Positions 9,752 to 20,971 of a stretch of DNA of 64,000 nt are shown piece by piece. Source of the stretch: Dehalococcoidia bacterium (lineage in GTDB: Bacteria > Chloroflexota > Dehalococcoidia > Plut-88900); contig OY764147.1 of assembly GCA_963668115.1 (NCBI GenBank), positions 2,010,061 through 2,074,060 of the forward strand, written 5' to 3'. Positions within the stretch are counted from its first letter, which is position 1, and each line of letters opens with the position of its first letter. Under the pieces are notes generated by a model. That model saw nothing but the letters and a program-made list of their open reading frames with translations, did not search any database and was not told where the DNA came from. Position numbers and translations under genes: made by a program.

Positions 9752-10180
9752 TTAGCTGTTGTTGATGGCGTAAAGGATCTTTTCCCTGGGGCTCAGGCCC
9801 GAGACGTCGGCCGGGCGTCTGACCGGCGCACCCGATGGCACCCGGGTCTCCGGTGACCGGGCCCCGATGCGGGACGCCACCTTCTCGACGATCTTCCTCG
9901 CCGATTCCACGGAGCGGTCCAGCTCCTCGATGGTGCTTCCCTGCACCAGCTCTTCCGGCAGCTCCGGCGCCCCGGCTATCAGGGCGCTGCGGTAGCGGTC
10001 CACGGCCAGTTCGACCTGCTGCTTGATCCCTCTGATCTCCGCGTCCTTCTCGGCAATCAGAAGGTTCAGGCGCTTTATCTCCGGCGACTCCTCCGGGGGT
10101 GATTCCTCGGGTATCGGGTCTTCAACGTAGTCCAATGACGACTCGGGGTCGGGGCCCTGGGATGTAGATTCTTCGGGCAC
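9752..10180 (-). CDS. Putative capsid scaffolding protein
   Basis: 142 aa. Acidic/Pro-rich N-terminus, central coiled-coil-like segment (IKRLNLLIAEKDAEIRGIKQQVELAVDRYRSAL). Lies directly upstream of the capsid gene. GTG start at 10180 preceded by AAGGAG. Confidence 0.5.
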   Translation of the reverse strand: MPEESTSQGPDPESSLDYVEDPIPEESPPEESPEIKRLNLLIAEKDAEIRGIKQQVELAVDRYRSALIAGAPELPEELVQGSTIEELDRSVESARKIVEKVASRIGARSPETRVPSGAPVRRPADVSGLSPREKILYAINNS

Positions 10181-10212
10181 AAACTTCTCCTTGAATGAAC
10201 GTATTTGCTAAC

Positions 10213-10240
10213 AGTATAAAAGTTCTGTGACAGATGTCAA
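10213..10240 (-). promoter_or_regulatory. Canonical sigma70-type promoter of the scaffold-capsid operon
   Basis: Minus strand: TTGACA (10240-10235), 16-nt spacer, TATACT (10218-10213), in a short AT-rich patch about 30 nt upstream of the GTG at 10180. Confidence 0.5.
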
Positions 10241-10261
10241 GAACAAAAGTAACATTATCCC

Positions 10262-10650
10262 TAAACTCCCACCCCCCCACTCACCCCTTCCCATTCCAAT
10301 GCCCCGCGAGGTAAAAGATGTCGAAGATGCGCCTAGGCGTGCGCCTATGGCGTGAATCTACAGCGCAAGCCCACCACTCACCCCCCTCATCCCCACCCAC
10401 CCAATGCCATGTCGTTCCGAACGGCAGTGAGGTCGAAGATGCGCCTCAGGCGTGAATCCGGGGAGGGGCGGTGCAGGTCTCGCAACTCACCTCGATATTC
10501 ACCATCCACCCCGCCCACCCCTCTCCCCCATCAGCCCCACCCACCTTACACCGTCATTCCTGCGGAGGCAGGAATCCATCCCTCCGAAACACTCACCTAC
10601 AACCCCGCCCACTCACGCCTCCCCCTCCAGCCCTTCTAAATTGGACATTT
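10262..10650. repeat. Cluster of mosaic intergenic hairpin repeats (GTCATTCC...GGAATCC family and GTCGAAGATGCGCCT module)
   Basis: Copies at about 10291-10358, 10411-10459 and 10551-10612. The same modules recur in at least 10 other intergenic gaps of this window. Confidence 0.85.
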
Positions 10651-11150
10651 GCACTATCTGAACCCTCGTGCTATACTACCCACCACGGCCACCGACCTCG
10701 TATGTCGGAACCCATCACAGGAAAGGAAAAGGAACAAGGACTCCCGTGAGCCGCACCGGCCTACATAGGCCCCGTCGCACCCGACCGGCATCCCAACGCC
10801 CGGCCCCCGACACGCGCCTCCTCCATTCACCCTTTCCACACCCCAACACCCACAACAAGCGCTGCCCAAAGGCCCAACGCCTAGACCTTCGCAGCGATCA
10901 ATCACTGCCCCGCCCCTCGAATGGAAGGTTCCCGGACAAATCACGGCACGCCCTATCGGAGGGCCGCCAAGTGAGCGCCCCACTCAAGCGGCGCAAGGGT
11001 TTCGCCCCCTCAGGCGACGCTACGGAGCACAGCGTCAAGCTCTTCCCCTGGGCCATAGCGCCCTTCTCGGACTCCCCCGGCGTATACCTCGCCGACCTGT
11101 CCGAGCAGTCGGATACGCTCCGACTCAAAACAATCGCACCATACATGGAC

Positions 11151-11468
11151 TCCACCGTCGTCACCATCGGCAAGCTCCGGTCTACGAACGCCGGTCACGG
11201 GTCTACGCTCCCATCCCCCAGGGTGGTAGAGCACTTCCGGTGGTCGAGACTGCCCCAGAGCGAGAATCTCTCGCGTCTCGTCCACGTCCTCTCGGGAGTA
11301 TGGGGCAAGGATTCCACCGTCGTCACACTCGGAGAACTTCCGACTACGAACGGCGGTCACGGGTCTACGCTCCCATCCCTCAGGGTGGTAGAGCACTTCC
11401 GGTGGTCGAGGCTGCCCCAGAGCGAGAATTTCTCGCGTCTCGTCCACGTCCCCTCGGAAGTATGGGGC
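11151..11468. repeat. Tandem duplication, 2 x 162 nt
   Basis: Unit 1 is 11151-11306 and unit 2 is 11313-11468, period 162 nt, about 90% identical by eye. Each unit contains nested hairpins CGAGAC[..GCGAGA-AUC-UCUCGC..]GUCUCG. Confidence 0.9.
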
Positions 11469-11586
11469 TGTCGCAGAGTCGACGCCGGTGTGGACCGTCC
11501 CCAGGGGCGGACACCCCGCATCGGAACAGGCGTCGCCGACATCCTGCACAAACCGTCCGGGACCTTCCATCCCCACCCTTCCCCCT

Positions 11587-11860
11587 CCGTCATTCCTGCG
11601 GAGGCAGGTCGAAGATGCGCCTATGGCGTGAATCCATCCCTCCGGAACAATCACCTGCAACCCCACAACTCACCCCGTCCCCCTTCCGTCATCCCGCCCC
11701 CGCCCCCCTGGGAAGGACATATCAAAAATGTCGAAGACCCACCTTTGGAGGGCACTGCATTTTTGATATGTCAACTTTTTCTCCGGGAGGTGGGGCTGGG
11801 GTCTCCCCTATCCGTAGGGGCGATCGGCGGGTCGCCCTCCTCCTGCCCCCCACCCCACGC
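11587..11860. repeat. Hairpin-repeat cluster including a 15-bp AT-rich stem hairpin and a GGGCGAYCGGCGGGTCGCCC hairpin
   Basis: GTCATTCC element at 11587-11680. Hairpin GACATATCAAAAATG / CATTTTTGATATGTC at 11716-11772, with a second copy at 48108-48164. GC hairpin at 11806-11852, with a second copy at 27528-27563. Confidence 0.85.
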
Positions 11861-11888
11861 GAAATCCCCAGAAAATCCCTTTAGGCGT

Positions 11889-11942
11889 CGTTCAATCAAA
11901 ACAGCTACGAGTTCAATCAATGTTCAATCAACGTTCAATCAA
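11889..11942. repeat. Four direct GTTCAATCAA repeats, three in exact 11-bp phasing
   Basis: GTTCAATCAA at 11890, 11911, 11922 and 11933, about 45 bp upstream of a TATAAT box (about 11988-11993) preceding the gene at 12023. Confidence 0.85.
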
Positions 11943-12022
11943 ACCGGAGCGTCGTCCCCTGCCCCTCCCAGCCCCCCGCCCCGCCGGTGATATAATCCCG
12001 ACACCCCCCTCTGAAACCAACC

Positions 12023-13821
<1,799 letters not shown>

Positions 13822-13860
13822 TGGCCTCGGCGGCCGGCTCCACAATCGGGAGGCGTGAAC

Positions 13861-14031
13861 ATGAATTGCAGCGTCTGCAGCAAGAAGGTCGAGAGGTGGC
13901 TCCGGCGGGAGTACCACGTCTACTGCATGTCCTGCTACAAGGACGCCCTCAGCCGCGCCGAGGGCCTCTCCACCAACGATAACGAAGAGTGGAACAACCG
14001 TAGGGCCCTGGCTAAGCTGGAAGGGCAGTAG
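13861..14031 (+). CDS. Small zinc-ribbon-like protein (56 aa, below the ORF-track threshold)
   Basis: My translation is MNCSVCSKKVERWLRREYHVYCMSCYKDALSRAEGLSTNDNEEWNNRRALAKLEGQ, with CxxC...CxxC. SD GGGAGG lies 7 nt upstream of the ATG. Confidence 0.45.
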   Translation: MNCSVCSKKVERWLRREYHVYCMSCYKDALSRAEGLSTNDNEEWNNRRALAKLEGQ

Positions 14032-14047
14032 GCCAGGCTGGTGTACC

Positions 14048-14383
14048 TTGACCGAGAACATAAAAGACAGACCGTGGGAATCCGCTCCCATCCCGGAGAC
14101 CTTGCATCTGTACGAATGTGTAAATGTCACCGGTTGGCATGATGAAGCCTATTACTGGGGAAATGAGCTGCACTGGTACGAAGGTGACGAAAAGTATCCC
14201 GCAGCGTGGCTGTGCGATTCTTGTCACTACCACATCTGGAGAGACTACTATGGTTTTGACAGCCCGGAGGTGAAAGGGGTGTTCGACTATTTGAATACAA
14301 CTCCAACTCTGGCAGATGAGATTAAGCGCCGGTTCGGGGAAGGAGTGTGGGAGTGGCAGCAGTCCGGGGCAATGCAGGATTAA
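14048..14383 (+). CDS. Hypothetical Trp/Tyr/His-rich protein
   Basis: 111-aa ORF, TTG start, AT-richer than its neighbours, no recognisable family. Confidence 0.4.
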   Translation: MTENIKDRPWESAPIPETLHLYECVNVTGWHDEAYYWGNELHWYEGDEKYPAAWLCDSCHYHIWRDYYGFDSPEVKGVFDYLNTTPTLADEIKRRFGEGVWEWQQSGAMQD

Positions 14384-14458
14384 GGATTTCGCAACTAGAA
14401 GTACCAGGCTTCGGCAAAGAGTTACGTTCTCGGATAGCCCATCAATCGGAGGAACTGA

Positions 14459-15472
<1,014 letters not shown>

Positions 15473-15479
15473 TTGCTAA

Positions 15480-15572
15480 GGAGTAATCTCCTATCTAAAG
15501 GGCTGAGGGGAGGGGTCCTGTCCCCTCTCCCTTGAGGGGAGAGAGCTAGGGTGAGGGTAATCCGAGGCTCGG
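15480..15572. repeat. Intergenic repeat (TCTCCC-TTGA-GGGAGA hairpin plus GAGAGRGCTRGGGTGAGGGTRA module)
   Basis: The same module occurs at about 27716-27760, 33183-33212 and 43127-43155. Confidence 0.8.
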
Positions 15573-18500
15573 ATGTTGCTTGGCAGCTTGACTTCCGAAG
15601 GTCACCCGAATGAAGAGGGCCAAGCCGCCCCCGACACCCCAAAAGGCATAGCCCTACCCCGCCCCACCCCCGTCACCCTTGCCCTCATAATCATCCTCGT
15701 CTTCGCCCTCGGGCTCAGGCTCTACGGAGTCAACTGGGACGACGACTCTTCATTCTCCCTCCACCCCGACGAACGCTCCGTGGTCTGGACTGCCCAGCAG
15801 CTTTCCCTCGACTCCCTCAAGTCGCCGCTCGACCTGTTCAAGGTCCAGGAGAGCAGCCTCGTGCCCCGGCCCCCCGGCGCAACCTCGGGCCACGGCGTCT
15901 ACGACTACGGGAGCCTCCCCTTCTACCTTCTCGGGGCGGTGGGGTGGATGGCCAATGCCATTCCGGGAGTCGAAGACTCCAACATGTACGACCTGACCAT
16001 CATAGGTCGCGTACTCTCCGCCCTATTCGACACCGGCACCGTATTCGTCGTCTTCCTCATCGGCCGACGCCTCTTCAATCAGCGCGTAGGCCTTCTCGCC
16101 TCCCTCTTCACCGCCTTCGCCGTCCTCCACATCCAGCTGGCCCACTTCTACACCACCGAGGCCATGCTCACCTTCTTCAGCTGCCTCTCCTTCTTCTACG
16201 TCACCCGCCTTGCCGAGGAGGGTCGCAGACGAGATGCCGCCCTGGCAGGGCTCTTCTTCGGGCTGGCCATGGCCTCCAAGTTCAGCGCCGCTCCCATGCT
16301 GGCCGGTTTCGCCGTGGGTGTCGGGCTCCTGGCCCTGCGCAACGGCCCCCGACTCACCACCCTCACCCCCACCCCCGACGCCCTGAAGTCGGCCCTCCGC
16401 AAGCTGGGCATCGCCGCCATATTCGGCTTTCTCGCATTCGCCGTTGCCCAGCCCTACGCCCTCCTCGACCTTCCCTACTACGCCGCCGACGCCTACCAGC
16501 AGAGCCAGATGGTCCGTCGTGTAATCGACTTCCCATACACCCGGCAGTACGACGACAGCCTGCCCTTCGCCTACCACATCTGGCAATTCTCAATATGGGG
16601 CGTCGGGTTGCCGCTGGCGATTCTGATGTGGGCGGGGCTCGGGTTCACGGCGATCAGGGCCGTCCTCAAGCGTACCCGCCCCGACATCCTCCTCCTCGCC
16701 TGGTTCCTGCCCTTCTTCCTGATAACGGGCCTCGCCGAGGTCAAGTTCCTGCGCTATCTGCTCCCCGTCACCCCCTTCCTCGCCATCATGGCCGCCAACC
16801 TCGCCGACAAGACCCTCACCCGACTCCGCACCCTCCAACCCAGCCGTAACTTCCTGTACGGAGGCAGTGCAGCCGCCCTGAGTCTTGTGATCTTCGCCAC
16901 CGTCTTCTACTCCTTCGCCTACGCCAACGTCTACACCGCCCCCCACCCCGCCACCCGCGCCTCGGAATACATACGGGAGAACGTCCCCCCCGGCTCCGTT
17001 CTCGCAATGGAGCACTGGGAGGAGGGCCTTCCCAATCTCCACTCATATCGGCGCATCACCCTCCAACTCTATGACCCAGACGACGCTCCTATCCAGTACA
17101 CAACCCACAACGGATTTACCGTGGTCGGAAGCAAGGCCGAACACCTCGCCGACGCCCTCGCCAATTCGGACTACGTGGTCTTCTTCAGCAACCGGCTATA
17201 CGGCAGCATCCCCACCCTCCCCGACCGCTACCCGCTCAGCACCCGCTACTACAAGCTCCTCTTCGCCGGAGACCTTGGCTTCGAGGTGGACTACTTCGCT
17301 GAGTCCCACCCCAACTTCCTGGGAGTCAGCTTCGTCCACGACACCTTCTCCCGCCCGGGCCTCGAGGCCCCCGCCGCCCTGGGCCCGGGTCGGGTGTCGG
17401 GACTGTCACTAAACCTCGGCCACGCCGACGACTCATTCATCAACTACGAACACCCCACTCCCATCATCCTCAAGAACGTCGGGCGCCTGGACGAGGCCGC
17501 CATCCTCACCCTGCTGGAAACACCCCTTCCCGGCGAGACCATACGCGCCCCCCCAACCCCCGGCATCCCCGAGCGAGGCATGCTCTCCAATGAAAGCGCA
17601 GCCCAGCAGCAGGAAGGCGGCACCTTCTCGGACATCTTCGACCGCACCAGCTTCGCCAACCGGGCCCCGGGGTTGGTCTGGTACATCGCCATCCAGATAA
17701 TCGCCTTTGCCGTCCTGCCCATCGGCCTGTCCCTCTTCCGCCGTCTCCCCGACGGCGGATACCTCCTGTCGAAGGCATTCGGACTGCTCCTCGTCGCCTA
17801 CCTGGCCTGGCTGCTGGCCAGCTTGGGGATACTCGACTTCTCGGCGGGCGGGCTGTGGCTGATGATACTGGCCGTGGCCCTTGTCTCGGGGCTCCTCGTT
17901 TGGAGGGGTGGGGTCGACGTCCTGGACTTCTTCCGACGCCGCTGGAAGCTCATCCTCTTCTGCGAAGCTCTATTCGTCGTGGCCCTGGTCTCCTTCTACG
18001 GGATACGGGCCTGGAGCCCCGACCTCTGGCACCCGTGGCGCGGCGGCGAAAAACCCATGGACTTCGCCTACCTCAACGCCGTCACCCGCTCCACCGAAAT
18101 GCCCCCCTACGACCCCTGGTTCGCCGGCGGTCACCTGAACTACTACTACTTCGGCCAGTTCCAGGTCGCATCCCTGACCAAGCTCACGGGCATCCTGCCT
18201 TCCACGACCTTCAACCTCGCCATTGCCCTGGTCTTTGCCCTGACAGTCGGTGGGGCCTTCAGCCTCGTCTACAACCTCGCGGCAAGCCGGAACGGGGGCG
18301 GCGATCGTGCCCCACCCCCCACCCCCTCGGGGCTCTACTTGGCAGGCATAACCGCCGCCGTGTTCGTCGCCATAATCGGAAACCTGGACGGCATGGTCCA
18401 GCTCGTCCAGGCCGTCTGGCGAGTCACCTTCGGCGGGGGTGAGTTCGGCGTCTTTGACTACTGGCGGAGCAGCCGGGTCATCGACACCTCGTCCCAGGGC

Positions 18501-20066
18501 GGCCTCAACTCCTGTGGAGGCTGTGAGATCACCGAGTTCCCCTTCTTCAGCTTCCTCTACGCCGACCTCCACGCCCACCTCATCGCCTTGCCCTTCGCCA
18601 TCCTCGCTCTCGGCCTAGGTCTGGCCCTAGTCCTTGGCGCCGCCAAGACCTGCTCGACCCGGGCCTGGGCCGCGAGAATTGCCGCCCTTGCCCTGACCGT
18701 CGGGGCCCTCTTCACCATCAACAGTTGGGACTACCCCACCTACCTCCTCCTCTCCCTGGGCATCGTGGCCCTGGCTGCGCTGGCGTTTACGATGGGTCGG
18801 GTCACGGGGCGCACCGTCGTGCTTGCCGGGGCGGGGGGCTTAGGCGTCTGGCTCCTCGGCGTCCTCCTCTTCGCTCCCTTCCACCTGAACTACGAAGGCT
18901 CAGTGGACTTCCCATTCGTCGAATCCAACGAGTTCGCCACGCCCCTTTACCAGTACCTGGCCATCCACGGCATCTTCCTCTTCATCGCTGTCAGCTACCT
19001 TCTCTACCGCCTCTGGCAGGAATTTCCCATCAGGTCCAGCCTCTGGTCCCCGAGGCTCTTCCTCCGGCGCGCCGCCCTACGTGCCCAGTGGCTCTGGCCC
19101 GTGGTCGGCATTGTCATATTGCTTACAGCCCTTGCGGGATTCGGGTATCACACCGCCGCCTTCGCAATTCTCGTCCTGCTTCTGGCAGCCCTGGTCGGCA
19201 TAAAGCTGCTCCTCAAAAGGGAAGAGGGCTCGGGCCCCGAGCTCTTCGCCCTCCTCATGCTCGCCGTGGCCCTCGCACTGGGCATCGGCGTCGAGTCCTT
19301 CAAGGTCAAGCTGGTCGACCCCGGTCGCATGAACACCGTCTTCAAGTTCTACTTCCATGCCTGGACCCTGATGGCCCTTGCCTCCGCCTACTTCGCCTGG
19401 CGGCTCGGTGCCATGGCCGTCCCCCGGCACCTCACCTTCCGCCGAGGCGCTTGGACCGCCGCCCTAGTTCTCCTGATCGTCGCTGGCATGGTCTACCCCG
19501 TCGCCGCCACCCCGGAACGCTCAAAACAGCGCTTCAACGACTCCCCGACCACCATCGACGGCATGGCCTACATGCCCGGCGCCGTCTACTTCGACGACCA
19601 TGACCGAAGCGGCTCCATCGAACCCTCGGAGGTCCTGGAACTGGGCTGGGACTACCACGCTATAATATGGCTGCAGGACAACCTGGAGGGGTCACCAGTG
19701 ATGCTGGAGGGCAACTCGGGGCTGTACACCTGGGGGAGCCGGATTTCCGTGTACACCGGACTCCCGACCGTCGTCGGTTGGGACTGGCACCAGCAGCAGC
19801 AGCGCTGGGAGGATCGGGACCACGTCTCCGCCCGCCGCGCCGACGTCCAGTCCCTCTACACCACAACCGACCTCGATTACACGCGACGCCTCCTCGAAAA
19901 GTACAACGTGCGTTATATCTACATCGGGCAGCTGGAGCGACTCTACTACCCGCAGCCGGGCCTCAACAAGTTCGAGCTAATGGCCCGGGACGGCCTCCTC
20001 GAACCCGTCTACCCCACCCCCGCCTCCCCCAACCCCGAGGTCAAGATCTACCGCGTCCTCTTCTGA
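15573..20066 (+). CDS. Very large polytopic membrane protein, GT39/ArnT-like N-terminal region plus DUF2298-like region
   Basis: 1497 aa, dozens of TM segments. N-terminal ...LRLYGVNWDDD...HPDERSVV... resembles PMT/ArnT-type glycosyltransferases fused to DUF2298. Exact start uncertain. Confidence 0.7.
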   Translation: MLLGSLTSEGHPNEEGQAAPDTPKGIALPRPTPVTLALIIILVFALGLRLYGVNWDDDSSFSLHPDERSVVWTAQQLSLDSLKSPLDLFKVQESSLVPRPPGATSGHGVYDYGSLPFYLLGAVGWMANAIPGVEDSNMYDLTIIGRVLSALFDTGTVFVVFLIGRRLFNQRVGLLASLFTAFAVLHIQLAHFYTTEAMLTFFSCLSFFYVTRLAEEGRRRDAALAGLFFGLAMASKFSAAPMLAGFAVGVGLLALRNGPRLTTLTPTPDALKSALRKLGIAAIFGFLAFAVAQPYALLDLPYYAADAYQQSQMVRRVIDFPYTRQYDDSLPFAYHIWQFSIWGVGLPLAILMWAGLGFTAIRAVLKRTRPDILLLAWFLPFFLITGLAEVKFLRYLLPVTPFLAIMAANLADKTLTRLRTLQPSRNFLYGGSAAALSLVIFATVFYSFAYANVYTAPHPATRASEYIRENVPPGSVLAMEHWEEGLPNLHSYRRITLQLYDPDDAPIQYTTHNGFTVVGSKAEHLADALANSDYVVFFSNRLYGSIPTLPDRYPLSTRYYKLLFAGDLGFEVDYFAESHPNFLGVSFVHDTFSRPGLEAPAALGPGRVSGLSLNLGHADDSFINYEHPTPIILKNVGRLDEAAILTLLETPLPGETIRAPPTPGIPERGMLSNESAAQQQEGGTFSDIFDRTSFANRAPGLVWYIAIQIIAFAVLPIGLSLFRRLPDGGYLLSKAFGLLLVAYLAWLLASLGILDFSAGGLWLMILAVALVSGLLVWRGGVDVLDFFRRRWKLILFCEALFVVALVSFYGIRAWSPDLWHPWRGGEKPMDFAYLNAVTRSTEMPPYDPWFAGGHLNYYYFGQFQVASLTKLTGILPSTTFNLAIALVFALTVGGAFSLVYNLAASRNGGGDRAPPPTPSGLYLAGITAAVFVAIIGNLDGMVQLVQAVWRVTFGGGEFGVFDYWRSSRVIDTSSQGGLNSCGGCEITEFPFFSFLYADLHAHLIALPFAILALGLGLALVLGAAKTCSTRAWAARIAALALTVGALFTINSWDYPTYLLLSLGIVALAALAFTMGRVTGRTVVLAGAGGLGVWLLGVLLFAPFHLNYEGSVDFPFVESNEFATPLYQYLAIHGIFLFIAVSYLLYRLWQEFPIRSSLWSPRLFLRRAALRAQWLWPVVGIVILLTALAGFGYHTAAFAILVLLLAALVGIKLLLKREEGSGPELFALLMLAVALALGIGVESFKVKLVDPGRMNTVFKFYFHAWTLMALASAYFAWRLGAMAVPRHLTFRRGAWTAALVLLIVAGMVYPVAATPERSKQRFNDSPTTIDGMAYMPGAVYFDDHDRSGSIEPSEVLELGWDYHAIIWLQDNLEGSPVMLEGNSGLYTWGSRISVYTGLPTVVGWDWHQQQQRWEDRDHVSARRADVQSLYTTTDLDYTRRLLEKYNVRYIYIGQLERLYYPQPGLNKFELMARDGLLEPVYPTPASPNPEVKIYRVLF

Positions 20067-20163
20067 CCTACCTCCCCCCAAAATTCCCTCTCTCAACCCC
20101 TGTGCTATACTCAAATGTCCGCGTTTAGGCTTAACGCGTCGTCCGCTAGATAGAGGAGAGAAC

Positions 20164-20907
20164 TTGACTAGGATCGACGGCAGGACTGCCGGCCAGCTAC
20201 GGCCCGTCCGGATCACAAAGGGAATCCAGGCCTTCGCCGAAGGCTCCGCGATGATTTCCCAGGGCCGCACCAAGGTGCTCTGCACAGTATCCGTGGAGGA
20301 CCGAGTCCCCTTCTTCCTCAGGGGTCGGGGGCAGGGGTGGATTACCGCAGAGTACGCCATGCTCCCCCGGGCCACACCCGAGCGCACGCCCCGGGAGCAG
20401 TCCAGGGGCCGGCCCAGTGGCAGGAGTATGGAGATCCAGAGGCTCATAGGCCGCTCCCTCCGCTCCGTCACCGACATGACCAAGCTCGGCGAAAGGACCC
20501 TCACCGTCGACTGCGACGTTCTGCAGGCCGACGGCGGTACCCGCATGGCCTCCATAACCGGCGCCTACGTTGCGTTGCTGGACGCTATGGACAAACTGGC
20601 GCTCACGGGCCGTTCTTCCCCTATGGTCTCCGCAGTTGCGGGGCTCAGCGCCGGCATCCGGGGCAGCGAAGTCCTCCTGGACATGTGCTACGAGGAAGAC
20701 TCCTCCGCCAGCGTCGACTTCAACGTTGTAATGACCGACTCGGGCCAGATTATCGAAGTCCAGGGCACCGGCGAGGCCCGTCCCTTCTCCCGAGACGAGA
20801 TGGACTCAATACTGGACTCCGTGTCCGAAGGCCTCAAGCAGCTGTTCGAAGCCCAGAGAGAAGCGGTGGAAAGTCGAGGCAAGGCGCCCGCCGGAGCCCT
20901 TCCGTAA
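20164..20907 (+). CDS. rph: Ribonuclease PH
   Basis: RIDGRTAGQLRPVRIT...GSAMISQGRTKVLCTVS...GWITAEYAMLPRAT. 247 aa. Confidence 0.95.
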   Translation: MTRIDGRTAGQLRPVRITKGIQAFAEGSAMISQGRTKVLCTVSVEDRVPFFLRGRGQGWITAEYAMLPRATPERTPREQSRGRPSGRSMEIQRLIGRSLRSVTDMTKLGERTLTVDCDVLQADGGTRMASITGAYVALLDAMDKLALTGRSSPMVSAVAGLSAGIRGSEVLLDMCYEEDSSASVDFNVVMTDSGQIIEVQGTGEARPFSRDEMDSILDSVSEGLKQLFEAQREAVESRGKAPAGALP

Positions 20908-20971
20908 CCTCCGGACCCCGGCACGTTCGACTCAATGAGCCCCCCATTTGTCATACACCGTTTAGCCTGAT

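Noticed and set aside
11221-11260. tRNA-like segment (GGTGGTAGAGCACTTCCGGTGGTCGAG resembles a D-arm GGTAGAGCA)
   Set aside because: No GTTCRANYC T-loop, no 7-bp acceptor pairing, and it lies inside the 162-nt tandem unit. No tRNA was found anywhere in the window.
10668-11990. 440-aa (+) ORF and the overlapping 218-aa (-) ORF 11010..11666 as genes
   Set aside because: They run straight through dispersed hairpin repeats and the tandem duplication. They have Arg/Pro/Ser/Gly-dominated low-complexity composition and no SD. These are typical GC-driven open frames.
6180-12000. Complete prophage
   Set aside because: No integrase, terminase, portal, protease, tail tube/tape measure or lysis genes, and no att-like tRNA. 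Only four structural-type genes are present.
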